From a virus (taxonomy: Duplodnaviria; Caudoviricetes), in the IMG/VR virus record IMGVR_UViG_3300037462_000671, positions 1 to 24,183 of that record: 24,183 nt of DNA, one strand, 5' to 3'. Below are positions 16,030 through 23,301 of this stretch, piece after piece. Within the stretch, counting starts at the first letter, position 1, and each line of letters begins with the position of its first letter. The translations under genes and the position numbers were made by a program. Under the pieces are notes generated by a model. The model was not told the DNA's origin. It worked only from the letters and a program-made list of their open reading frames with translations, and searched no databases.

Positions 16030-16793
16030 GGGAGGGTGGTCTCTGCGGTGGCGAGGGTCAGGTCCCCGGCGTCGTCGGTCAGGACTGCGGCCAGCGTGGC
16101 CCCCCAGAAGGGCAGCCCGGCCGCGTCGTCGTCGAAGGTGCGCAGCCCCACCTCGACCGTGAGGCTGAGCGCGGGGAGGCGCTGGGCGAGGTCGGCGCCG
16201 TCCAGCGCGCCGAAGGTGGCGGACACGGCCCGGACGTATTCGACGCCGGACACGGCCCACACCGGGCGGCCACCCTCGTGGCTGGCGGCACCGGCGCGGC
16301 GGATCGCCTGCAGGAGCACGCCGGCCGCGGCCTGCAGCGCGGGCGTGATGCGCTGCGCTTGCTCGTGGCCGATGGGCGGCAGCAGGTAGTCCAGGCGGTA
16401 GGTGACCGCCATGCGCTCGTGGTGCAGCGTGCGCTCAGCGAAGGTGGCGCTGACCGGGTAGCCGGCCAGCAGCGGGAGCTTGAGCGCGCGGGGGGCCAGG
16501 AGCAGCACCGGGTCCACCGGCAGCGTCTCCAGGCACGCGGCCTGCGTCGGGGGCACCCGGATCTGACCGGCCATGGCCGCGTGCAGCGCCGGGCCCAGCG
16601 CGCGGTTGAGGCAGGAGCGGAAGTACGGCAGCGCCTCGGCCAGCCACGGGTCGCACCGCGGCAGCAGATCGCCGCCGGTGGTGGTCGGGGGCGCGGGCAG
16701 CGTGACGCCGCCGAGCCGGTAGCGGGGCTCCGGCTCCGGGACCGCGGCGCCACCGACCACCCACGCGAAGGCAGCAGGGGACGGCGTGGGCAT
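16026..16793 (-). CDS. Putative tail terminator/completion protein (Mu gp37/K position), 255 aa
   Basis: Position before the small gene and sheath. Alpha/beta pattern (LPLLAGYP, VTYRLDYLL, PALSLTVEV). No diagnostic motif recognised. Confidence 0.55.
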   Translation of the reverse strand: MPTPSPAAFAWVVGGAAVPEPEPRYRLGGVTLPAPPTTTGGDLLPRCDPWLAEALPYFRSCLNRALGPALHAAMAGQIRVPPTQAACLETLPVDPVLLLAPRALKLPLLAGYPVSATFAERTLHHERMAVTYRLDYLLPPIGHEQAQRITPALQAAAGVLLQAIRRAGAASHEGGRPVWAVSGVEYVRAVSATFGALDGADLAQRLPALSLTVEVGLRTFDDDAAGLPFWGATLAAVLTDDAGDLTLATAETTLP

Positions 16794-16797
16794 CGGG

Positions 16798-17229
16798 TCA
16801 GGCGGTCCACAGCCCGGAGGCGGGCCAGGTCAGGGTGAAGTCGCTGGCGCCCGTCACCGTGGCCGGCACCGCGAGCACGGCGACCAGGGTGCTGGTGGCG
16901 TCGCTGCCGCCGGACTCCAGTAGCACGGCGGCCCACGCGACCAGCCCGGCGTCCGGGGCGGTCCACGTCAGGTCGCTGGCGTCCACGCGCACGGCGTCCA
17001 GGCCGGGCGCCACGGTGACGGTCTTGCCGGAGAGGGTCTTGCGTCCGCTGCCGCCGTAGCCGCCGACGTAGCCGGCGCCAGCGACCTCGTAGGCGGCGGC
17101 CTGCACCAGCGTGTCCGCCGGGGTCGGAGCGTAGTCCGGGCCCAGCAGCGCGACCTTGTAGGCGCCCGCGGACCACGGTGTCGTGAGCAGGAGCGCGCGG
17201 CCCTGCGTGGTGAGGAGGCTGGAGGCCAT
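16798..17229 (-). CDS. Conserved phage structural beta-protein (minor tail/collar-like), 143 aa
   Basis: YKVALL..DY.P..EV.G.GY..G..L...V....DA.D.TW...FTLTW...G pattern recurs in phage minor structural proteins. Confidence 0.7.
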   Translation of the reverse strand: MASSLLTTQGRALLLTTPWSAGAYKVALLGPDYAPTPADTLVQAAAYEVAGAGYVGGYGGSGRKTLSGKTVTVAPGLDAVRVDASDLTWTAPDAGLVAWAAVLLESGGSDATSTLVAVLAVPATVTGASDFTLTWPASGLWTA

Positions 17230-17233
17230 GGGG

Positions 17234-17695
17234 TCAGGTCAGTCCGGCGGTGCGGGCCGCCGCGTCGGCCGCCGCGTCCACGCGGTCGCGCAGCAGGGGC
17301 TCGGCGCGCGTGGCCTCGGTGGTGAGGTACGGGCGGGGCTTGGTGCCCGGGTGGTTGACGGAGCGGCGGAAGAGCGTGGTGCCGTTGACGACGAAGGCCA
17401 GGGCATCGGCCCGGCGCGCGGCGATGGGGTGCGGCTTGGTGCCGTTGAGCAGGAAACGCGCGACCTTGGCGCCGGACCGGAGCGAGGCGTCCAGGCTCTC
17501 CGGCGACGTGAGCACGGTGAAGGACTTTGCCGTCTTGTCGGTGCGGTTGGTCCACCACGCGCCGCCGACGATGCGCAGCCGCGTGGCCTTGGCCTCGTCC
17601 TCGGTCGCAACCTGCGCCCCGCGGGAGAGCGCGGACAGGAACGCAGTGCTGGCGGCGCGCAGTTCGCTCGCGTCGATGTCGATGTCCAGGCTCAT
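17234..17695 (-). CDS. Neck/tail completion protein, HK97 gp10 / Mu gpG-like, 153 aa
   Basis: ARFLLNGTKPH...VNHPGTKPRPYL motif. Follows the adaptor gene with a TGATG overlap. Confidence 0.82.
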   Translation of the reverse strand: MSLDIDIDASELRAASTAFLSALSRGAQVATEDEAKATRLRIVGGAWWTNRTDKTAKSFTVLTSPESLDASLRSGAKVARFLLNGTKPHPIAARRADALAFVVNGTTLFRRSVNHPGTKPRPYLTTEATRAEPLLRDRVDAAADAAARTAGLT

Positions 17696-18165
17696 CAGAA
17701 GTCACCGAACCCGCGCGCCAGGAACCCGCACCCGATGCCGTCCGGGTGCTCGTCGTCCGGCCCGTAGTAGACGCCGCCCTCGACGTTGGCCGGCACCTCC
17801 GGGGCGCCGTCGATGTCGATGCGGATCTTGCCGTCGCGCAGGTCCTTGAGGCGACCCATGGACAAGCCGTAGCGGCGCTCCCACGGGGTCTCGCCACGCT
17901 CCATCAGCAGCTCGGGCCGCCGGAGGTAGGCGGCCTGCACGGCGAGGTCCGTGGCGATGCGGCGCACGGTGGGCGGGACGGCGGCCTTGAGGAGCGCCAG
18001 GTTGTAGACGCGGCCGAGGAAGCCGTCGATCTCCGCGTCCACGTCAGCCAGCAGGTCGGCGACGACGGAGGCGTCGGCGATGCCGTCGTGGTCGTCGTCC
18101 AGCAGCCGCAGCGCCATGGCCGCGGTGATGGCGCGCTCGATGTCCTGCAGGCTGGTGTAGGTCAT
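17695..18165 (-). CDS. Head-tail adaptor, Mu gp36/DUF1320-like, 156 aa
   Basis: Start re-assigned to ATG 18165 (MTYTSLQDI). DAEIDGFLG.Y.L, VRRIATDLA.Y and RY...L..LRDGKI.I are typical of gp36. Confidence 0.9.
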   Translation of the reverse strand: MTYTSLQDIERAITAAMALRLLDDDHDGIADASVVADLLADVDAEIDGFLGRVYNLALLKAAVPPTVRRIATDLAVQAAYLRRPELLMERGETPWERRYGLSMGRLKDLRDGKIRIDIDGAPEVPANVEGGVYYGPDDEHPDGIGCGFLARGFGDF

Positions 18166-18464
18166 GGGCAGGGCTCGATGAGGTGGGCGACGGACGACGC
18201 CTCGGTCGGGGTCAGGTCCAGCACGGCGCCGCGGCCATGCAGGCGCCCCCGGACGCACACCGTGCCGGGACCAATCACGCGGTAGCGCGTCGGGCTCGGG
18301 GGTGCGGTCTCCGGGGTCTCGACCGGGGGCGCGTCGGCGGACGCTCCGGGATCGACCACTGCCGGCTCGGCTGCCTCGGGCAGCGCGGGCTCAGCGGCAG
18401 GCATCTCCGGGGCCGTCGGCGCCGGCTCGGTCGGGGTGGGGCTCATGCGGTCACGGCGTCCCAT
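18162..18464 (-). CDS. Small post-capsid protein (Pro/Ala/Glu-rich N-terminus, small C-terminal domain), 94-100 aa
   Basis: Overlaps both neighbours (TGATG and ATGA). YRV...V..RG....G.VLDLT..EA motif is typical of small genes following the MCP. Alternative start at 18446. Confidence 0.7.
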   Translation of the reverse strand: MGRRDRMSPTPTEPAPTAPEMPAAEPALPEAAEPAVVDPGASADAPPVETPETAPPSPTRYRVIGPGTVCVRGRLHGRGAVLDLTPTEASSVAHLIEPCP

Positions 18465-19630
18465 CAGGCCAGGCAGTTGGTGATGAGCCAGCCGGTCTCG
18501 GGGGCGATGACCTTGTGGACCTCATCGCAGCTCTGCTGGTTGTAGTAGCTGCCGCGGGTGCCGCGCTGGGGGTCGTACCAGGTGATGTTGTTCACCTCGC
18601 CCTTGAAGCGCATGTTGTAGCCGAAGCTGGCGTTCCGCAGCGACGGGCCGGAGGCCACGCGCACGATGCCGAACACGTCGCTGGAGACCATGCGCCGGAT
18701 GTCGGCGGACTGGCCCTCGTTGGCGATGTCCTCCCACGCCTTGGCGATGAGCAGGTCATCCACCTCGAACAGCGCCGCCAGCACCGCGCGGGGCACGAAG
18801 CCGCCGGAGGTGTACTTGGTCAGGTCGAGGATGCTCGGGTGCGTGCTGAGCGCGAGGTACACGTTCAGCGGGCAGTAGGCCACGATGCGCGTGGGGCCGT
18901 TGCCGGACCAGAGCGAGTGCACGGCGGTCCGGATGGTCAGCACCGGGTCGCCGCCATTCACGCTGTCCCACTCCTGGCCGGCAACCAGCGCCGTGGTGTT
19001 GCCGCCGAAGTTGGCGGCGTTGGTCAGGATGTTCATGGCGCGGCGCTCGCGGTTGTGCGCCATGCCCATGCTGACCTGCATCGACAGGTCGAACATCTCG
19101 TCGAAGACTGCGTCCTGGTTGTCCACGACCTTCTTCTCCAGGCGCTTCTTGAGCGAGCGGGGCTCGCAGGAGTAGGTGCCCGGGGTCCGGTTGTCGAAGA
19201 TCTCGTTGGCCTCGCTCTGACCCTTCATCGAGTCGTCGGGGAAGGCCAGGATGTCGCGCCGGCTGTAGATCGCGTACTCGTCCGAGAGCTTGTCCACGGC
19301 GACCGTCGGCATCAGTTCTTCGCCGATGAACCTCTCGTTGGCGAACTGCACGGACAGGTTCGACATGAAGGTCGGACCGTGCACGCTGGACGGGGTGACG
19401 GCGCGCTCCCCGGAGAGCAGACCACGCTCGCGCAGGAGAGCGTCCACCTCGCGCTGGGAGAGGGTGCGAAGGCCGGAGGCGACGGCGGAGTCGCGCAGGT
19501 CGGCCCACACCTTGCGGTCGCGCGGGTCGGCGGACCGGCGCAGGTTGTAGAGCGCCTGGAGGCGCGCGTTGTACTCCCGGACACGAGCGGTGTCGTTGAC
19601 CGGAGCGGAGTTCTGGAAGGGTGCGTTCAT
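18464..19630 (-). CDS. Major capsid protein (HK97 fold), 388 aa
   Basis: AGGAG SD. Motifs SNLSV.F.N..FIGEELMP.V.V, W......DP...I, ALSTHP.I, LAALFEV and SFGY, plus C-terminal E...IAPETGWLI.N. Position after the protease and decoration genes. Confidence 0.92.
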   Translation of the reverse strand: MNAPFQNSAPVNDTARVREYNARLQALYNLRRSADPRDRKVWADLRDSAVASGLRTLSQREVDALLRERGLLSGERAVTPSSVHGPTFMSNLSVQFANERFIGEELMPTVAVDKLSDEYAIYSRRDILAFPDDSMKGQSEANEIFDNRTPGTYSCEPRSLKKRLEKKVVDNQDAVFDEMFDLSMQVSMGMAHNRERRAMNILTNAANFGGNTTALVAGQEWDSVNGGDPVLTIRTAVHSLWSGNGPTRIVAYCPLNVYLALSTHPSILDLTKYTSGGFVPRAVLAALFEVDDLLIAKAWEDIANEGQSADIRRMVSSDVFGIVRVASGPSLRNASFGYNMRFKGEVNNITWYDPQRGTRGSYYNQQSCDEVHKVIAPETGWLITNCLA

Positions 19631-19649
19631 GGGTCGGTCTCCTGGAAGC

Positions 19650-20057
19650 TCAGGTCACAGCCGGGATGGAGAGGGGGATGGCGCCCACCACGTCGCCGGC
19701 CACACCGTTCTCGATGAACTGGCAGACGATGTTGACGAGCGTGGTGCCGCCGCCGAGGGCGCCAGCGTTGGCGACGCCGTTGGCGACCGCGACGCCGTAG
19801 AGGCCAGCGGTGGCGCCGCCGGTGCCGACCTTGACGGGGACCAGGCCACCGGCGTTGCAGAGGGCGATGGCCACGAGGTCACCGGCCGCGCCGGACTCCA
19901 GCGCGATGCCGTTGGCGGCGTCGCCCGCGGCGCAGTTGAGGACGATGAGGCCGTCCTCGATCTTGACGGCGTAGCCTTCGGTGACGGAGGACGCGGCCTT
20001 GACCCGGAAGGTCTTGACCAGGCAGCGAGAGAGATCAACGGTTGCACGAGCGGCCAT
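19650..20057 (-). CDS. Capsid decoration/cement protein, DUF2190-like, 135 aa
   Basis: Small, Gly/Ala/Val-rich. GIALE..AAGD.V and V.V..G...AG motifs, ending E..VAGDVV. Directly upstream of the MCP. Confidence 0.78.
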   Translation of the reverse strand: MAARATVDLSRCLVKTFRVKAASSVTEGYAVKIEDGLIVLNCAAGDAANGIALESGAAGDLVAIALCNAGGLVPVKVGTGGATAGLYGVAVANGVANAGALGGGTTLVNIVCQFIENGVAGDVVGAIPLSIPAVT

Positions 20058-20060
20058 GGG

Positions 20061-20549
20061 TCACTTCCCTTCCTTCGCGGGGAGGTTGCGCTTGAGGGCT
20101 TCTTCCAGCGCGGCCATCGGGTCGATGCTGGCGGGGGTGTCGGCGCGCTGCGCCGGGGCATCCTGGGGGATCACCTGCGTGGTGAGCGCGTCGTTGCGCT
20201 GGCCACGGCGAGCGAGCATCCGGGCGAAGGCGTCCGGGTTGGCGCGCCGGATGGCCAGCAGGTCCTCGACCTCGGCCGGGTCCACGTCGCGGCCGATGCG
20301 GCCCTCGATCTCCAGCCGGGCGATCTTGTCCTCGGCGGCGTCGGCGCGCGCCTTGAGCGCGTCGGCTTCGCTGGAGAGCTTGGCGACGAGGCCACGCTGG
20401 GCGGCGGCGTCGGCGGCGGCGGCGTCCGCCTTGGCGCGGGCATCGGCCAGCGCGACGTTGGCGGCGGTCAGCTCGGTGGTGGCACGGGCGAGGTCAGCGT
20501 CGCGCTTGGCCATGGCCTCACGCAGCGCCTTGATTTCTTCTTCGGTCAT
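20061..20549 (-). CDS. Probable nested, in-frame scaffolding protein (162 aa) from an internal start
   Basis: AAGGA at 20557-20561, 7 nt upstream of ATG 20549 (Met189), followed by A-rich codons ACC GAA GAA GAA ATC AAG. Confidence 0.6.
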   Translation of the reverse strand: MTEEEIKALREAMAKRDADLARATTELTAANVALADARAKADAAAADAAAQRGLVAKLSSEADALKARADAAEDKIARLEIEGRIGRDVDPAEVEDLLAIRRANPDAFARMLARRGQRNDALTTQVIPQDAPAQRADTPASIDPMAALEEALKRNLPAKEGK

Positions 20550-21113
20550 GGCGTTGTCCTTCGTTGGGCGCTGGCGCTGGGCCTGGGCGCGGAGTTGGTC
20601 GATGGCGCTGCGCTGGGCGAGCGTGTCCGGGTTGCTCGGCACGGCGCACACGCTCAGCTCCATCAGTTCAAGGTCATCGAGCACCAGGCGCTCAATGTCG
20701 TTCTCGGACTCCCACCGGTAGGAGTGCGCGAGGAAGCCCACGCTGATGCCGCGGAGCAGGCCGGCCTTGACGGCGCGCCAGCACTCCTCGGCCTCCTCGC
20801 ACACGTCCTCCGTGGCGAAGGTGACGCGGGCCATGAGCCGGCCGTTCTCGACGCGCACGTTGTCGGCGGTGCCCACCGGGATGCTCCGGCTGTTGTGGCA
20901 GAACAGCACGACCGGGTTGCGGGCGTAGCGGTCCAGCCGCCAGTTCTGCCGGAGCACGGTGCCGTGGCTGTCCAGCGTCTCGGTTGAGCAGATGTAGTCC
21001 ACGCTCCGGCCGGCCTCGTCGATGGCCCGGGCCTCGCTCGGCTCGTTGCCAGCGCGGACCACGTAGCCATCGAGCGAGAGGCGCGTCGGCGCTTCGCGTT
21101 GATGCACGGTCAT
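20061..21113 (-). CDS. Prohead protease (HK97/S78 family) fused to C-terminal scaffold, 350 aa
   Basis: NPVVLFCHN (His), LRGISVGF (Ser) and ELSVCAVPSNP motifs, followed by an Ala-rich coiled coil. GGAGGAG upstream of the ATG. Confidence 0.93.
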   Translation of the reverse strand: MTVHQREAPTRLSLDGYVVRAGNEPSEARAIDEAGRSVDYICSTETLDSHGTVLRQNWRLDRYARNPVVLFCHNSRSIPVGTADNVRVENGRLMARVTFATEDVCEEAEECWRAVKAGLLRGISVGFLAHSYRWESENDIERLVLDDLELMELSVCAVPSNPDTLAQRSAIDQLRAQAQRQRPTKDNAMTEEEIKALREAMAKRDADLARATTELTAANVALADARAKADAAAADAAAQRGLVAKLSSEADALKARADAAEDKIARLEIEGRIGRDVDPAEVEDLLAIRRANPDAFARMLARRGQRNDALTTQVIPQDAPAQRADTPASIDPMAALEEALKRNLPAKEGK

Positions 21114-21120
21114 GGTGGGG

Positions 21121-22542
21121 TCACTCCTCCGGCGCGTCGTCCGGTGGGTCGGTGGGGTCTTCGTCGTCCGGCTCGTCCGGCTCAGCAGGCAGCCCAGTGT
21201 CCGGGTCGATGGGCACGTCCACCTCGCCGGGGGCCAGGCTGTGGAGGCTCATGATCTCCTCGCCGTCGGCTGGCTCCGGGATGCCGATGCGCTCGCGCAC
21301 CCAGGCGGACGGGATGCGCAGGCCGCCCCGGGCCAGCGTCGTGACGCCGGTGGAGAAGTCGCGCAGGTCCACGCCCTCCTCGGTCAGGAACCGGAAGACG
21401 GGGATGGCCACGTCCGGGCCGAAGTTGCGCCGGACCAGGGGGCCGATGAGGTCACGGCGCAGGCACTCAGCCACGCACGCCGCGTCGTAGCTCAGGATGT
21501 CGCCGCGGACCAGGTTGTGCACCTGCCCGAGGGCGCGGGCGCCGCGGGGTCCGGCCTCCGTCGTGAGCGTCTGGCCGAGGGTGGCCTTGCTCATCTCCCC
21601 GGCCAGGAACTCCGCGAGCTGGTGGTGGGTGCTGTCCTGCTTGTTGCCGGCAGGCCACTCGACGCGGAGCTTGGTCCTGGCCGGCAGCATCGCCACGCCG
21701 GTCGCGGTCATCTGCCGGAGGATGCTCTGTAGCCGGTCGATGGCGCTCTTGTCGGCGTCGGGCTCGTACTCGCCGATGCGCCAGGGCTTCCAGGCCAACT
21801 CGCCCAGCATCACCCAGTCGCGCACCGACCAGTTGCGGAACAGCGCCGCCCACAGCAGCACCCGGGACAGGCCCTCGCGCTGGGGGTCGTCGCCGTTGAC
21901 GCGGGGCTGGTAGAAGATCACCTTGCCCGGGGCGAAGCCGCGCCGGATGTCCACGCCCGGGTAGGCGATGGTGCCCACCGGGTCGTACCAGTGCGGGCGC
22001 CCGGTGGTCGGGTCGAACTGCACGCGGTAGGCGCCCACCGGGTTCCAGCCCTTGGGCCAGAGCTTGCCGCCGCTGCGCTCGTACACGGTCTCGGCCAGCG
22101 CATAGCCGTGGTACACGCCGCCCTGCAGGTGCGCGATGAGGGCGCGCAGGCCCACGAGGTCGCTGTCGTCCTCGCGTCCGCCCCATGCGTCCTGCAGCGC
22201 CTCGGCCATCCAGTCGGCGACCTTCTGGTCGCGGCGCCGCGGGCCACCGGCGGACACCTCCCAGGGCAGCGACGGGAGCGCCATCTCGCGCGTCCCGAGG
22301 ATGCTCTGCAGGTGGCCGTCCTTGCGCCGGGCGTCGTTCGCCAGCGTGACCAGCGGCCACATGGTGCCCACGTCCGCCATGCGCAGCGCGTCGGTCACTT
22401 GCTCCGGGGTGAGGGAGCCGCCGATGCGCTGGTACTGCGCATAGAGCGGCAGGTCCTCGATGGTCAGCCCGGGGCCGAGGGCGACCTGGGACCGGGAGGC
22501 GCGGCGCGTGAGCCACGAGCGCAGGGTGTCGAAGAGGCTCAT
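21121..22542 (-). CDS. Portal protein, Mu gp29/DUF935 family, 473 aa
   Basis: KDGHLQSILGTR, HGYALAETVY, GL.R.L.W..LF, EMSKATLGQTLTT, ALGQVHN.VR.DI..DA and DLIGPLV..NFG are DUF935 hallmarks. Confidence 0.95.
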   Translation of the reverse strand: MSLFDTLRSWLTRRASRSQVALGPGLTIEDLPLYAQYQRIGGSLTPEQVTDALRMADVGTMWPLVTLANDARRKDGHLQSILGTREMALPSLPWEVSAGGPRRRDQKVADWMAEALQDAWGGREDDSDLVGLRALIAHLQGGVYHGYALAETVYERSGGKLWPKGWNPVGAYRVQFDPTTGRPHWYDPVGTIAYPGVDIRRGFAPGKVIFYQPRVNGDDPQREGLSRVLLWAALFRNWSVRDWVMLGELAWKPWRIGEYEPDADKSAIDRLQSILRQMTATGVAMLPARTKLRVEWPAGNKQDSTHHQLAEFLAGEMSKATLGQTLTTEAGPRGARALGQVHNLVRGDILSYDAACVAECLRRDLIGPLVRRNFGPDVAIPVFRFLTEEGVDLRDFSTGVTTLARGGLRIPSAWVRERIGIPEPADGEEIMSLHSLAPGEVDVPIDPDTGLPAEPDEPDDEDPTDPPDDAPEE

Positions 22543-22570
22543 GGCGGTGCGTGCGGGAGGGAGGCGAGCG

Positions 22571-22834
22571 TCAGCGCACGCCCACGATCAGCGTGGCGGT
22601 GGTGGACAGAGAAACGCGCTTGAACGCGAACGGCAGCAGGGTGCCGGCAGGGACCGCGGAGAAGGTGACCTCCACGGTGTCGTCGGCCAGGATGCCGGTG
22701 ACGTTGCCGGCGCCGCCCACCCACAGCGCGCGGTAGACCAGGCCGTTGGGAAACTCGCTGTTGGCTGGCGTGATGGCGCCGGCAGACGTGGCCGGTGCCT
22801 CCCAGCCGGGCTGGCTGCCCTGGAACTTGGCCAT
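22571..22834 (-). CDS. Head spike base protein, RcGTA Rcc01079-like, 87 aa
   Basis: PA..A.AITP.......RALWVGGAGNV.......VTF..VPAGTLLP...KRV...TTAT.IV matches my recollection of the family consensus over its full length. Confidence 0.82.
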   Translation of the reverse strand: MAKFQGSQPGWEAPATSAGAITPANSEFPNGLVYRALWVGGAGNVTGILADDTVEVTFSAVPAGTLLPFAFKRVSLSTTATLIVGVR

Positions 22835-23274
22835 CAGAACACCGTGGGCACGGCGTAGAGGATGTCGATGGTGACGGAGCCCGCGGTCAGATCGACCACG
22901 TTGGCGCCGGTGGCGATGAAGGTCGCGGTGAGCTGCTGGCCGCCGAGCACGCCGTTCGGGTCGATGCCGCTGATGCCGGCCTTGGCGGTGGTGGCGCCAG
23001 TGAACACGCTCTCGCCGTCCACGATGGCGTCGGCGTCGGTGCCGCCGATGTCCACGACCAGCGCCGAGACGCTGCCGCCGGAGAACGCCTGGGTCAGCCG
23101 GAGCGAGCGGCCGAGGATCTGGGCGCCGGCCGGGAGCGGGCTGCCGAGGTTGATGGTCTGCGTGAGCGCGGCAGCCGTGAGGTCCGCGTGGCCGATGGTG
23201 ACGGAGATGCGCTTGGGCAGGTTGCGCGTGATCTCGCGGGCGAGGGCGTCGCCGTAGTTCGGGGAGCCGGGCAT
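22834..23274 (-). CDS. Putative jelly-roll capsid cement/vertex protein, 146 aa
   Basis: LPAGAQI......TQAFSGG.....VDIG...D.D and C-terminal LTAGSVTIDILY pattern of small beta-sandwich head proteins. GAGG SD. TGATG-coupled to the spike base gene. Confidence 0.6.
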   Translation of the reverse strand: MPGSPNYGDALAREITRNLPKRISVTIGHADLTAAALTQTINLGSPLPAGAQILGRSLRLTQAFSGGSVSALVVDIGGTDADAIVDGESVFTGATTAKAGISGIDPNGVLGGQQLTATFIATGANVVDLTAGSVTIDILYAVPTVF

Positions 23275-23301
23275 GGTGGCCTCTTGAGGTAGGGGGTCAG
23301 G

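Noticed and set aside
22571-22834. Calling the element a gene transfer agent because of the Rcc01079-like gene
   Set aside because: RcGTA has a non-contractile tail and a different gene set, and spike-base homologues also occur in phages. GTA status needs flanking context and packaging data not available here.
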